Below, in pieces: positions 14,035-29,007 of a DNA stretch of 64,000 nt (positions within the stretch are counted from its first letter, which is position 1; every line of letters begins with the position of its first letter). The position numbers were made by a program, and so were the translations under genes. Under the pieces are notes generated by a model. That model did not search any database. It worked only from the letters and a program-made list of their open reading frames with translations, and was not told the DNA's origin. The stretch comes from Octopus sinensis (lineage: Eukaryota). The stretch lies in assembly GCF_006345805.1 (NCBI RefSeq), contig NC_042999.1, forward strand, positions 163,804,001 to 163,868,000, read 5' to 3'.

Positions 14035-14036
<2 letters not shown>
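13683..14036 (-). repeat. Penelope pLTR-like segment bounded by ~44-bp inverted repeats
   Basis: aaattagtaaataaatggcacaactaagtaccgatattttactg (13683-13726) recurs inverted at ~13993-14035, directly 3' of the PLE ORF. Confidence 0.75.
13872..13951 (-). ncRNA. Type I hammerhead ribozyme (PLE-associated)
   Basis: Minus: UGG-CUGAAGA-AGGU[aaa GCAA aauaug..cauauc UUGC aaa]ACCU-GAAA-CCUGCAGGU-A-CCA. Intact core, palindromic stem III, GUA cleavage triplet. Confidence 0.8.
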
Positions 14037-14111
<75 letters not shown>

Positions 14112-14218
14112 TATATATACATACATACATATATACATAGATATATACACATATATAGTTATTCATTTCTATTTGTTTATTTATCTGTGTATTATTATGT
14201 TTTCGGGATCGTCTATCG

Positions 14219-15731
14219 TCATATGTTGTGGTGTGTGCTATTGCTCCATTCTAGTTTTCTATTCAGGCTAGGTTTATTTTCTATTATATGTGTAGCTTCT
14301 GTAATTTGTCTAATTGTTGCATCTGTTCTATGTGTGGACAATATCTTAATCTCTATGTTATTGATTGATCCCCCGTGTTCCTGTTCGGCGTGTTGGTACA
14401 GAATCGATGAGCTTTTACCTTCCTTGAGTTGTCTCCAATGGTCATTTACCCGCTCTCCTATGCTTCTTGCCGTTTCCCCTACGTATGTTATTGTCTTGTT
14501 ACTGCATCATCCCTCTATAATCTTATACTATAGACTACATTTCTGGCTTTACAGTTTGTTTGTGGGCTAAATCTACATACAGTGCAATACTTATCCGTAC
14601 AGGGGTTTCTACTAAAAGGATAGGTTCTACCAATTATAGATTTGATAGGGTTGCCTGGCTTTTCAACAACCTTAATTCTTAGTTTAAGTTTATCTAGGGT
14701 CCTTCTAAAGCGGTACGCCAGTTCACCTCCAGGGGTGGTGTCAACGAACATGACACTCTGGTATTTATGGCTATCATACCAAGAGTTGGCCTTCCCTATT
14801 TTCTTTTTTGTCCTTTCTATAGTGTTCCATGACTTGTTCCTATAGAGTGGGCAAATCCCATTCCTATCATTACATACTATATTATCAAATTTCTTCATGG
14901 CTCCTTTGTATACTCTGATCCTTTCTTTATGGCTGTAACCTGAGAACTGCATGCGGTGAATGAAATACTGTATGTGTCTCTTTAATTCTGTAGGCTCGCA
15001 CATGCGTGACACATTTCTCATTATTCTGACGAGGTCTGCCATCAAAATATGAATTTGGCATTGCCCGCAATGGCTGAGTTCCAGTGGATCAGGTATTTTG
15101 AGGCCATAGGTTTGGCATAGTATGAATGAAGGATTTGGGTTTTATTTTTCACAATTTCTAGCCAGAGTTCAGTGTCTAGTACTGGTAGTCTATGGTTGGG
15201 GTGTTTAGTGGGGTAGTCTATTGTGACCTTAATACTCTGGTGGATGGAGTTAGCTATTTGCTGGATGCTCTCCATAGTATTAGTTTCTATTACTATATCA
15301 ACATTACTCTCTTGTGGGGGTGCCTTTACCACTATGTTGATATCATCAACATAGCGAGAGTACATGTTTACGAGTATGGATTTCTGCAGTAGGCGTTCTT
15401 TAAGCCTTCTGTCCCACCATACCATGAAAAGGTTGGCCACATCACCAGCGATACTAACACCGATGGCTGCCCCCTCGTCCTGGGCATATATTTAATTATT
15501 AAATTTAAACGTGTGGCCTTTTAGGGTAACTCTTATACTAGCTCCTAGTGCATGTGCGATCATTTCCTTTACCTGATGGACATTTGCGGGGCTCCGTATG
15601 GCTGTGGTCCATCTTTCTATATGTGTCTTCCTAGCCATTGAAGTAATTGTAGGCGGTCTACCTCTTAAACATCTACTGGGGCAGAAACTACTAAGATTAT
15701 GTTTATCTAAGTATTCATTATTAAAGGCCAC
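14219..15731 (-). mobile_element. Penelope-like element (RT plus GIY-YIG), 5'-truncated, Cys-rich linker (Neptune-like)
   Basis: RT motifs GAAIGVSIAGDVANLFM, YSRYVDD and LPVLDTELW; linker CTDKYCTVC...NC; endonuclease NVVYSI...YVGETARSIGERVNDH. Several frameshifts. Confidence 0.9.
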
Positions 15732-16611
15732 ATGTTTAAATTTAATAATATCAATCTGTGTATCATACTTAAAGTAGATATATCATTGAAAGCCTAATTT
15801 ACTGCTCTACTCATCTATAATATTTGTAACAGAGAGAGGCAGAAGTGCAGAAACAGACAGAAACGTGCATTAGCAATGCCAGCATTACTACTAGAGAATT
15901 TCCCTTTGCTACCAATATACATTTATGTTTTTTATCACGGTACGTCTGTAAGCGATATCATCTCAGGACAAACCGCAGTAAATTAGGCTGACAATGCTGT
16001 ATCTGCTTTAACCATGATATATAATTGACTGCTTTAAACTAATACAAGCACATATCTCTGTGGCTGTGTGAGTCTCTGAGTAATGAAGGAATAATATATA
16101 TATATATACACACACATATATATATACACATATATACATACATATACATACAATAGAGAGATGTTTTTGTTTCACTTTTAACACATAAGACTGAAATAAT
16201 GGAGAAGATATGATATTGTTGTAGGTTCGCCCTAGGCAAGAAGTTAAACATTTTTTGCCCTGGACACTCCATGGACCCTAAGTAAGGCATGTCTAAAATT
16301 TGAATGAAATTGGTTGTGTAGTTCTCAAGTTTTAGGGATTCACACACATACATACACACAGACAGACAGACACACACACATTCTCAGTTTTATATATATA
16401 AATATATGTTTGTGTGTCTGTGTTTGTCTCCCCACCATCGCTTGACAACCGATGTTGTTGTGTTTAAGTCCCCGTAACTTAGCGGTTCGGCAAAAGAGAC
16501 CGATAGGATAAGTACTAGGCTTACAAAGAATAAGTCATGGGGGCGATTTGTTAGACTAAAGGCAGTGTTCCAGCATGACCGCAGTCAAATGACTGAAACA
16601 AATAAAAGAAT

Positions 16612-16643
<32 letters not shown>

Positions 16644-16670
16644 TATACACACACACATATATGTCAATAC

Positions 16671-16718
<48 letters not shown>

Positions 16719-17609
16719 TTATGTGAGGGAGAAAAAGATGGAGAGAATATGCATTTCATTTAAAAGCATCAACGTGCTAAGCAAACATTTGTTGTCAAGG
16801 TTGAAAAAGTTTATTATATAAGAATTTAAATATTGAATCTATACTAAGGCTTCTTTCTGCACTCTAGGTGGTTGTTAATCAGGTTGGATGTCAATGATCT
16901 TAGCATCACATACAAATAAGATAAACAAGCTTGCGCGTATACATATACACACGTACAAAATATTCCTTTATGCCAACAAAGACACACGTTGACAGGTAAT
17001 CGTTGGTTATAGTTAAGTTTTAAAATAGATTGTAGAACAGTAAACTAACGATTCTGCCGGTTAACTTGGTTTCGAATTTTGACACAGGCCAGTAATTTCG
17101 GGGAGAGGCCAAGTCAATTGAATCGACCCCAGTGCTCATTGTCCCACCCACATTACTTTGGATTTTTTTCAATTCTAATGATCAAACTAAATTGTTTTTA
17201 CTGATATTGTGTATGCTGTTTGCCATTTCTTGCATTTCTGTTTCGTCTCCAACGATCACTGTCAGATCATCTTATCTGTGATCTTGCTATCATAGACAAA
17301 ATTATCAAAAAATGTAAAAAGAAATAAAAATCTACCTCCTATAGCATAATATCCTACGACACTATAACACTCCTGAGAAGCATGGCAATATCATTGAGCA
17401 TCTCGACTTAAACTGAAACTCTACTTAAACAGAGACAGGTACAACTGACTTCTTTCCCCTCTAGTTACGTGTGAGACAATGTTGTATATTCTCATCTTCC
17501 TTATTCCTTCTTTTCGATTATATCAGAATGCAATCATAATAACAAGTAATATATTACATAATTTGATATAGAGTATATAATCAACTCTATAATATATATA
17601 TATATATAT

Positions 17610-19110
17610 ATATATGATAGTAACAGAGAGGAGGAATTTCGGTTATCCCCACGTGGTGAGTTGTAATATATATAAGAAATTAAAAAAGGAAAATACTTTA
17701 CATAGTTTTAATATAATTTTTAATACGTCGACCGGTTTCGCTATCGCTATTCATGATATTATGTTTTACTTATTTAAATATGTATTTTCTTAAGAAGAAA
17801 TCTGTCCCTGTTGTGTGTGATGATACTTACGAGTGAATGACTTCACAAGTAGAAAAATAAGGGGAGGTAATTGGTTATCGTTATTATTGTTATTGTTGTG
17901 GGCAAGGGAGGTAACTGTTTAGCTTTCAGTAAGGGGAGGGGAATATATATGTACAGACTAAAAAAGGTTTCGGAAAACTTGTTTAGTGAGGGGATTTATG
18001 TACAGTAATGTAATCGTGAATTGAAATATGTAAAAAGATAAAAGTTAGTTATTCGTGCATATTAAGACGTGTTCTGTATTTTCAATTTAAAATGTTTCTG
18101 TATTTAAACGTTCATTTGGAGAGATTGTATCGTTGCACTGGTAGAAGGGGAAGACCGTGAAATTTGGTTTGATGTTATCTGCACATTTTTCTATATGTTC
18201 ACTGAGAGGAATTTTCCTGTATTGCGGGAAACGGATTTGCTCTTTATGTAGAGTGGTTCTCCTTCTCAAGGTCATACTCGTCTGTCCAATATAGTTGTGT
18301 CCGCAACCCGAGCAGGTTATTACATAAATTAGGTTGTCAGAGGCACAAGTGAAACTAGTTTTAATTGTGAACCTCTGTCCTTGCTTGAAAAGGAAATCCG
18401 AGCCTTCAAGTAGGTGGGGCAGGTTCCACAGTTTGGGCGTCCACATTTTTCAACCGTTGGTTTCGTGGTTGTTTTGTATAGCTTCGCATTTGTTAGTGGT
18501 CTCTTTAGCGATTTGTCTTGCTTTTTGCATTTGACGAGTTTGTGTATTTTCAGGATGTCGTTCATTTTTGGATCTCTAGTTAGTAAAGGAAGATTTTGCA
18601 CAATAGTGTTGAATGCCTCACTGTTTCTGAGATGAGGTGTGGTGTTATGTTTTGTTGTTCTTAGTGTTTTTATGTCTAATTGTTTGGCACATTTAATTCC
18701 CTCGTCGATACGTGAGGGTGGATATTGTCTTTCAGTAAGCGTTGTTTTGAGGTCTTGAAGACGAAGGTCCCGAGGTGTTCTATCAGATACTATTGTGTAA
18801 ATCCTTTTTGCCAAATTGAAAGGGATGGCATGAGTTAAAGAGGAGATATTGTTTTGAATCAGTTGGTTTATAATAGATGTCAGTTATGATTTGATTGTTG
18901 ACATTTTTTAATCATGATGTCTAAAAATGGGAGTTATTCTCTGTTATATTCCAGTGTGAACAGAATGTTACTATTTATATCATTTAGTGTTGATTTGAAA
19001 TCCAAAAGTTTGTCGATGTTCTCCTTCCAAATGATAAAACAGTCATCTAGGTATCTCTTCCAATTTTCTCTTATGTAGAGGTAAAATGGGTAACCATATT
19101 TCTGAAGTGA
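17610..19110 (-). mobile_element. Penelope-like element (RT C-terminus, thumb, GIY-YIG, 3' pLTR), Neptune-like
   Basis: RYLDDCFIIW...LPFLDIMIK; AKRIYTIVSD; KCGRPNCGTC; NLIYVITCSGCGHNYIGQT. Decayed hammerhead motif at ~17722-17760. Confidence 0.9.
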
Positions 19111-19606
19111 TACTTCATATAATATCCCCACCAACACAAAAAACACACAAGCATACACACGCACCCATAGACGCACACATACACACACGCGAACAAACAC
19201 ATATATACACTAGCGCATACGCAACAACCTAACAAATATAAATCACACACATACATACACACACAAACGTGCACACATATACACACACCATCCTGCCAAA
19301 TATAAAACACACAAACACATTTACATACACCACAATAAACTCTGGGACCAATCAAAATGACCCACACACACAAACACAAGCACATGTATATACACACACA
19401 CACATAGAGACATACACAGACACACACACACACTCACATCATTCTGACCTCTAAGACCAGTCTCCAAACCCACTGAACCATGAAAGACCAGCAGTAAAAC
19501 AAAAAAAAATCCTTTCAATTCCACATTGCCCTTCCTTCCCTCACCCCAACCAACCTCCCACACTGTCCCTTAAAATAGCAAACAACCCTTAGCTTCACAC
19601 AAAAAA

Positions 19607-19856
19607 TGCTTGTGTCCTTCAGCAAGACACTTTGTTCCACATTGCTCCAGTCCACTCAGCTGGCAAAAATGAGTAGTACCTGTATTTCAAAGGGCCAGCC
19701 TTGTCACACTCTGTGTCACGCTGAATTTCCATGAGAATTACGTTAGGGTACACGTGTCTGTGGAGTGCTCAGCCACTTGCACATTAATTTCACGAGGAGG
19801 CTGTTATATTGATCAGATCAACTGAAACCAACGTCGTCGCACCCGACGGAGTGTCA
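19607..19856 (+). mobile_element. 5'-truncated SINE (central module 2 plus tail Y)
   Basis: Tail gtacctgtatttcaaagggcc...cgacggagtg is near-identical to 36440-36630. Confidence 0.8.
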
Positions 19857-20087
19857 GTTTTATGCATATATAATGTCATTTATTATTTATTAATGCTACA
19901 TTTACATTAAATGATTTGAGAATCAATCTGCGACTGAACCAAGGATACACTGTGGATAGTGAGAGAACGCAAGATCAATAAGAATAAGAGAAACTAAATA
20001 TCAATGGAAAAGTAACTACCATTTAACAGATCCTTCTCTCTCCATCTCTCTCTCTCTCACACACACACGCACATACATCTATGCGCG

Positions 20088-20123
<36 letters not shown>

Positions 20124-20574
20124 AAGTGTAGCGGTAATCCTACTTCATTAAATGGATATATGTATGTATGAATCTAGCGCTTAATCGTGAATTATTCATA
20201 AGAAAATGCAATCCCCACAGATATTTTGATCAGTTAATTGCAGTATTTGCATGTATGTGTCGCTGCCTGATCATGTGTAAATGTGTGTGTATGTGTGTGC
20301 TTATGTTTGTGTTTATCTTCCACCACTTCCTGACAACAATGTTGATTTGTTTAGCGGTTCGACAAAAGGAGACGATAGAATAAGTATGAAGCATAGAAAA
20401 CTAAATCGTTCAAGGCAGTGCCCCAGCATGGCCGCAGTCTATGACTGAAACAACACACACACATACAAACACACACATACACACACACATACACACACAC
20501 ACAAACACACATACACTCACACACACACACACACACACACTTCAAAAGAAGGTGTTGAACAATAGCATCATTTT

Positions 20575-21520
20575 TTTTTTACATAGTGTCATTGCTTTCC
20601 GACGAACTTTTCTAAACGCTCCAAAGCTTAGCTTATTCCATCGAAGTTTTTCGGCTGACCGCGCCGCCATTTATGCACGGCTTCCTGCTCTTCGCCCATA
20701 ACAAATCGACAACTTCGAACAGAATGTTTGAGCGGTTCAAACAGGTGACATTTGGAAGGGTCGAGATCTGGACTGTATGACGGGTGATTCAGTTACTCGA
20801 CGTTCACTTTTTCCATGATTTCAACGGTGTATGTGGGCGTTCACTGGAGTGCAACAATAACACTTATTTGACAAGAGACGATTGTTTCAAATTGCAGGTT
20901 TCACTTAGTTGGCCAGCACTTCACCATAGTCTACATTGATGACTGCAGACCCCTTTTCCGGATAATGTTCCAGTATAGACTTATTTGCGTCCTGACAAAC
21001 GGTTAGCATCACTTCTTCTGCGGAAATTTGTCTTGATTCTGGCTCAAAGTGATGGACCCAAGTCTCATCTGCTCTAACTCTTCTCTCCAAAAAAGCTTTG
21101 TCTTCATCGTTGTAGCAGTCGAGTAAGCGTTAACAGATCTCCACACGATTTCGCTTATGCGAATCGGTAAGTTCTCTTGGCATCTATCTCGTACAAACTT
21201 TACGGAAGCGAAGTATGTCTAGATGATTTTGTATGCAGGACCATGAGTAATTCGCTAAGAACATGCCACCTCATTGACAGTCGATCGTTGGTTCCCCAGA
21301 ACCATTCTCTCGAACTTGTTGAATCCTCACGTTGATTTTGACTGATGTCCAGCTCCCTCTTTGTGCTTCATGCTTCTTCGGCCATTTTAAAACTCAATCT
21401 AGCGCTGTCTGCATATTGTAACGGAAGCCTGCAATGCATTTCAGTCCCTGACACACTTCAAGTCAGAGAAATTGTATCATTGACCGCTGTTCTTCTTTGT
21501 CGCACTCTGCCAGCGGAGTC
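20575..21520 (-). mobile_element. Decayed mariner transposase
   Basis: RWPRELTDSHKRNRVEIC...ADETWVHHFEPESRQ...SAEEVMLTV, plus a degenerate C-terminus. Confidence 0.85.
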
Positions 21521-22096
21521 GCTATGTTTACTTTGTAACACAAGAAAAGAAAAACTGGAGCGATAAAAGTCAAAGCCTAAAGAATTTGGGGTGAAAGTGT
21601 GGATAATTTTTTGACTTTCTTTAGAGATAAATATTTAATGTACACAATATTTAAAATAAAAGATACTGATAACTTCTTGCCATAGATTGGGCAGCTTTAT
21701 ATAACATGCCTTGTTGTTTCCAGGCAATCTTTAGGATTAAGGCACATGGTTAGTTCTATTTGAAAACCTGGTCGCTGGTACATGGGGAACCACGAGAAAA
21801 ATACGAGAAGATTGATGGAAAAAAGTGAAATGAGAAGACAAAGGGTGAATAAAAACGGAAAAATGAAGGAAAGTAAAGAATGAAAACTTGCTGGTCATAG
21901 AATCACAAAGGCTCGTAGAATCCTGAAAGTGCATATGCCGTGGAGGTTCGTGTAGTTACCTGATGAAAACGGTTTTTTCTAATGACGTAATATCTCCATT
22001 AATCAATTAAAAATTCGTTGGAAGCAACTGTAGTGAATTGATACAATATATGTTGTTACATGCATCCATCCATCCATCCATACATACATACATACA

Positions 22097-22134
<38 letters not shown>

Positions 22135-22259
22135 ATTTGTAAACAAACCCAGAGGCTTGATAAGTTACGGAGAAAGAGCGACTACGAAAGTCTTTTTTAT
22201 ACAATAATAACATATAATAATGTATCATAATAATAATAATATATATATTATTATTACTT

Positions 22260-22422
22260 ACACTCGCGGAGTGGTTGGCGTTAGGAAGGGCATCCAGCTG
22301 TAGAAACACTGCCAGATCAGACTGGAGCCTGGTGCAGCACCTGGCTTCCCAGACCCCGGTCGAACCGTCCAACCCGTGCTAGCGCGGAAAACGGACGTTA
22401 AACGATGATGACGATGATGATG
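22260..22422 (+). mobile_element. SINE 3' part with RTE-like tail and (GAT)n
   Basis: ttggcgttaggaagggcatccagc...ccaacccgtgctagcgcggaaaacggacgttaaacgatgatg; RTE resemblance is from recall. Confidence 0.6.
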
Positions 22423-22879
22423 ATATTCCAGCTAAAGTGATATCATCTAAACAGTTGACTGAAAGACGATGAGCTTACACAGGCTAGAATTGAGCCCACA
22501 TACCAACGCTAACATGGATATGGGGGTTCGAGTCTAGCCTGGGTAAGCTCATCATTTTTCATTCAATTGTTTTGATAATGTCGCTTTAATCGGAATATAT
22601 ATATATCATTATTATGATATATTACTATATAGTTGTTGTACACACATATATATATATATGTAAGTGTGTGTGTGTGTATATACACATACATAAATACATA
22701 CATACGTACATACGTACCAACATACATGCATACATACATACTTACATGCCTAGAAGCACTTGTATTTCTAGTAAAGAAAAATCACCATTAGACATTAAAG
22801 GTTTCTAACTTTGACGCTTCTTTTAGGAAGATATGCTATTGATGAAATTGAAACCCTCGCTGGTGTATCACTCCTAAAA

Positions 22880-23330
22880 TTCAAGAACAATAAAAGGCTA
22901 TGGTAACTTAATCTTTTTGTGATTTTGCGTCCGCGCGCAGAGGCTTTGAAGTTAATTACGAACCTTTTCCTAGATTGTTTTACAAACCCTTTTGCTCTGT
23001 AAAAAGGCGCAGTCTGGGCGTAGTATTTTCAACAAAGAATTGCCTCTTTTAGACACTTCCCCAAGTCAATCAGGGAACTTAAATGGTCTTTTTGATAATA
23101 TGCAAGTGGAATATATCCCGAAGAACACAACGTCTTTGCTCCAATCAAATGTATCAAAGCTGGAAACTCATTGAGGCAATCAATGGGACCGTTAAATCTG
23201 GGACAAGTTTAACATTATATATACATTGGATAACACAGAGAAGTTATGGGATGAAATGAAACATTCAGCTTTGACTGGTGTTAGGAAAACATATGGCCAG
23301 GCTGTACCTGTAACTTTACAAGATTTTTTC
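22880..23330 (+). mobile_element. Decayed pogo/Tigger-like DDE transposase fragment
   Basis: LPLLDTSPSQ...MQVEYIPKNTTSLLQS resembles the LLLDNAPGH...FLPPNTTSLIQP motifs; DNTEKLWDEMK follows. Confidence 0.6.
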
Positions 23331-24775
23331 ACGAGCAGAAAGTTTACATCAAGTTTTGCTAGATCTTGGCTTCAAATTTTGGCACATGGCCAGCAATTTG
23401 GCACATGTGCTGCGCTCAGCTGGTACTTATTTTATCGAACCGAAGGGTGAAAGGCAAAGTTAACCTCAGCAGAATTTGAACTTAAAAAGTAAAGACGGAC
23501 AAAATTCCGTCGAGCATTTTGTCCAGCGTGCTAAGGATTCTCACATAACTGGCGGCGAGTTATTTGAGATATTATTGTGTAGGATAATAACAAAGGATCT
23601 AGGTTTGAAGACGTCATTGAAAAAGATGAAGTTGAGTTTCTAGGGTCCCATTCAAAGACCTTGTCTTACGAAGGATTGATGGGGGCTTAAGCAAGAGCTA
23701 ACTGCAAAGCAAGAACAGTATATATAAAAGTTACACCCACTCCACTTAGTTGATTCTAAATAACATGGCTAAAACGTTAGCATTTACAGAGAAACATCTG
23801 AAAGTCTTTGATAATAAATAATTCAAATCCTGGACGTAGCAAAAGTTAAGCTTTAGTTCATAATGAGATCAGGTCCTACTCTGACCTTTGAAGCAAATGC
23901 TGAAATTAATGCTGTCCAGAGTAAAAGAATGGTGCCCTTCTTTCTTCTAGTGACTCACATTTAATCACAACCTATATCACAGTCATCTACAGTATTTATG
24001 GTGGTGAGTAGGTATCCTATTATGACAGCACGGTAATATCATTCGTTTCCTTATGTATTAATATATTTATGTTTAGATGGTTGTATGTGCACATATTGTA
24101 CTGATTGTGTTTAAAAGTTGATATTTTCATACATAAAAGTTATTGTATATTCTATTTTCGAGAAAATTCCGTAGCGGTGCGTCTCAATTTGTAACATGGA
24201 AATCAATGGGAAAACAGGTTTCGGATTACGGAATTCCGCAGTTACAGTAAGATTTCTGGGGATGGACGCGGAATTCTGTAACGTAAGACACGGACACACA
24301 CATGCACGGACGCACGCATGCACGCACGTACACACAATCACTCACACGAACGCGCGCGCGCACACACATGTTTAGAATCTAGTGAGTGTATGCATATCAT
24401 TTTGCATGTTTGTTTGGTGTGATTGTGCTTATGTGCAGTCGTATATGCATCTCTTCCTTACCTTTCTCTGTACGTGTGTGCGTGTGTCTACGTGAATATG
24501 TACGGTGTGCATGATGTGTATGTGGGGTGTTTGGGGTATATGTCTGTATGTATATATTTAACCACTTGAACCAGACGCCTTGACGTCTAAATAATTCTGT
24601 TACTAAATAAACGTACAAAATTAATTATTTCCTTGTGTTTGCTCCTATGTTTTCAGACGCACAACAGGAATTTCACTAAATGGTGATGTGATCTCTTGTA
24701 AACCACTTCTTTATAATTTCTACCAGAAAGACTGGAAGAGAGGTAGATTCAGTACAGGACTGGACTACATATTTG

Positions 24776-26646
24776 TGGTATTTTATTACGTGTGTTTAAG
24801 TTCTGAACTTGAATTCCTCCGAAATCGACCTTGATTTTTTTCATCTTTCTAAGCTGAATAAAATAAGTACCAGTCAAACACCGATGATGATTCATTCCAC
24901 GAAATCGGTGACCTAATGCTATTATAAAAAAGTTTTATGTGTTTCCAATTGCTTTAAATAAGGTCTTTATCGCATTCTAGGTGCATCGTTTTATTAGGAA
25001 AGTGTCTAGAGGTGCTTTTATGTTAAATCTAATTTGCTGTACTGTGGCATTTAAAAAAAATTCTTGCACTATTTTAGTGCTTAAATCTTTTAGTATTCTT
25101 ATTTGGGAATCGTGTAGACTACGTGACATAGATTGTTTAACAGTATTGGCTGGTAATTCTATAAAGTAAGAGCCTTTTGATTTGTGTTTTAAATTAGTAG
25201 AAAGTTAAGTTGTGATGTTGCATAGACAATTGATCGTGTGGAATAAGTGCGGTGTGAGCTGTGTTATTAATTCTAATGTATCTTAATTAGTTATGAACAG
25301 TGCCTTTTAAGGAAAGTTTTGGGTTATTTGTAAAGGTTTTGGGTTATTTGTAAAGTTCTAATCAAGCAGAACTATGATCAAAACACTGGAGACCTGATAC
25401 GGTGTTTATGTTTCTCCATCAATTTTTTTCTTAATTTTTTTCCATAAAGGTATCAAATGTTATTGGTACCCTTTGTATTTTTATACCTCACATTTTGCTT
25501 ACTTCCATTTCGGGGATGTTTGATACAAGTCCAACAATCTCTTGGGCGATATTTTGATTGGAAGGAATAGAGGTGCCTATTAGATTGTATTTGTTTTCCT
25601 TTCTGGTTGTCATTTAATATCTGGAAGGTTCGCTTTGATTTTCTTCTTAGTCTGGACAGGAATGTCAGATTCTTGGAGCTATGTCAATGTCACTTACCGA
25701 ATTTGTTGGTATTTTATTACGTGTGTTTAAGTTCTGAACTTGAATTCCTCCGAAATCGACCTTGATTTTTTTCATCTTTCTAAGCTGAATAAAATAAGTA
25801 CCAGTCAAACACCGATGATGATTCATTCCACGAAATCGGTGACCTAATGCTATTATAAAAAAGTTTTATGTGTTTCCAATTGCTTTAAATAAGGTCTTTA
25901 TCGCATTCTAGGTGCATCGTTTTATTAGGAAAGTGTCTAGAGGTGCTTTTATGTTAAATCTAATTTGCTGTACTGTGGCATTTAAAAAAAATTCTTGCAC
26001 TATTTTAGTGCTTAAATCTTTTAGTATTCTTATTTGGGAATCGTGTAGACTACGTGACATAGATTGTTTAACAGTATTGGCTGGTAATTCTATAAAGTAA
26101 GAGCCTTTTGATTTGTGTTTTAAATTAGTAGAAAGTTAAGTTGTGATGTTGCATAGACAATTGATCGTGTGGAATAAGTGCGGTGTGAGCTGTGTTATTA
26201 ATTCTAATGTATCTTAATTAGTTATGAACAGTGCCTTTTAAGGAAAGTTTTGGGTTATTTGTAAAGGTTTTGGGTTATTTGTAAAGTTCTAATCAAGCAG
26301 AACTATGATCAAAACACTGGAGACCTGATACGGTGTTTATGTTTCTCCATCAATTTTTTTCTTAATTTTTTTCCATAAAGGTATCAAATGTTATTGGTAC
26401 CCTTTGTATTTTTATACCTCACATTTTGCTTACTTCCATTTCGGGGATGTTTGATACAAGTCCAACAATCTCTTGGGCGATATTTTGATTGGAAGGAATA
26501 GAGGTGCCTATTAGATTGTATTTGTTTTCCTTTCTGGTTGTCATTTAATATCTGGAAGGTTCGCTTTGATTTTCTTCTTAGTCTGGACAGGAATGTCAGA
26601 TTCTTGGAGCTATGTCAATGTCACTTACCGAATTTGTTGGTATTTT
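24776..26646. repeat. 931-bp direct tandem duplication
   Basis: Identical ORFs at 24981 and 25912. tggtatttt occurs at 24776, 25707 and 26638. Confidence 0.95.
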
Positions 26647-27049
26647 TACAATTTATTTTTAGTTTGCATTAAGTTATATCTACATATTTTCCCGATGGAT
26701 ATAGCTGCTTAACTACAAAATATTTATGGAAACAACGAACGGTTAGTACATAAATTACTCTTCCTTCAGAATGAGGGCTATTTCCTATCAGTAACGGTGT
26801 TTTTTAAATTTTTCTGCCAATTTCTTTTCGTGTAGATATATCTAGTTTTAGCAGTTATGAAGTATTTGACTACTGAGCAGAAGATTGAAAGATAAGTACC
26901 CCACAGTAAGATAAAAGTACTGCACTAAGTAGGCAAAACGATGCCCACAGCTGCACGATGGCATTTGAGCAAAGAAACTCGCAGATATATGTATGCATAC
27001 ACCCAATTATACGTGTGCACACACACACACATATGCGTATGTATGCATA

Positions 27050-27430
<381 letters not shown>

Positions 27431-27694
27431 ACACACACGCACACATGCGCGCGCGCGCACACACACACAGGGTGTTGCACTCACGATCACTAGATCGTGG
27501 GTTCGATTCCCTAACCGAGCGGCTCAAAGCATTTTTATGTCAGATTTCTTCAGTTCACTCGGCTGTAAATGAGTAAGCCTGCCACTGACTAGCCTGCTCG
27601 CTTATTCAGCGGGGTGGCACCACTCGAAAACTAAAACGATGCCAAGCGCATTGGGACCAGCGATGTATAACGACATCCGGTAGTCTGGTCGATA

Positions 27695-27732
<38 letters not shown>

Positions 27733-28319
27733 GAGAGAGAGAGAGAGAGAGAGAGAGTGAGAGTGAGAGAGGCAGGAGAGTAAAAGAGAAAATGGAATAC
27801 AAGATGGAATAGTTTCACAGTTATAACTATTAGGCCGACAGTCGAAGAATTGGAAAGTAAATTTTGACGCTTCAGACATTGCTTTTCTTCAGGATAAGAT
27901 GTAAAGTGGGAAGAGAAGACAGAAAGGCGAAGAATTAATAGTAAAAGGAAAAGTACGAGCAAAATAGTCCACTCGTGTTGTTTACACAGTAGTTACTAGC
28001 TGACCATAGTTGGGAGCAATCGATTTTCCGACTCAAAGAGGCGAAGTTGTTAGAGTGTTGAATAGAATGCTTCATGGCAATTGTTCCCACTCAACGCGCT
28101 TTGAGATCAAATCCAAACGAGGCCATCTTTGCTTTTTATCCAAGTTGGTGGATCGGTGGAATGTTAGAGAGTCGGTTGGGATGTCTTGCGATATGGATTT
28201 TAACTGAGAATGTAGCCAGAACTCTGTGAATTCTGAATTAAAGCCCTGTACCGTCACGGAAACAGGGTAATGCGTTTGTCAGATCAACAGACAGTATCAG
28301 CAATTTAATAAACCAAATA

Positions 28320-28572
28320 AAACACATACATACATACATACAAACATACATACACACACACATACATACAAACATACATACATACATACATACATACATA
28401 CATAAACACACATACATACATACAAACATACATACATACATACACATACATACACATACATACATACATACATACATACATACATACACACACACATACA
28501 TACAAACATACATACATACATACATACATACATACATACATACATACATACATACAACATACATACATACAT
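28320..28572. repeat. (TACA)n array
   Basis: Direct sequence inspection. Confidence 0.95.
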
Positions 28573-29007
28573 TGTTGCTGATGTTGAAATTCCAATGAGG
28601 AAACCTTGGATCTAGGTTAGAAACCGGTTCCTTCTCTATTGGCAAGAAATCTTGAAATAAACTGAATAATGACATACATACATAAGCCTTTATACATTTA
28701 TTTACAGACTTTTACCTTCTAATTCAAATCGTACCTAGGACAATTATGTCTTACATCATTCCAATGTCGAAAACATAAGCATTGGGGATGATGTTATTAT
28801 CCTCCACTCAAATTAGTTGTCCTGTGAAATCCATATATTAAATACAGAGAACAATAACATGTTAATTAGAAATAATTATATAAAGACAGTGGTGAAGAAC
28901 CTAATATTAGTCATACCACATTAACCATTGACTTATCTTGTTTTAATCTCTCTTTCAGTAAGTACGTTTTTTGACAGTGGAAACTCCGAACATGTTACGC
29001 TCATATT

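Noticed and set aside
21955-21995. ctgatga followed by aaaac as a hammerhead
   Set aside because: No stem II, GAAA-stem III or stem I can be formed.
24960-25700. Decayed PLE RT remnants within the 931-bp repeat unit (IRFNIKAPLDTFLIKR, minus)
   Set aside because: Only short motif-like matches amid many stops.
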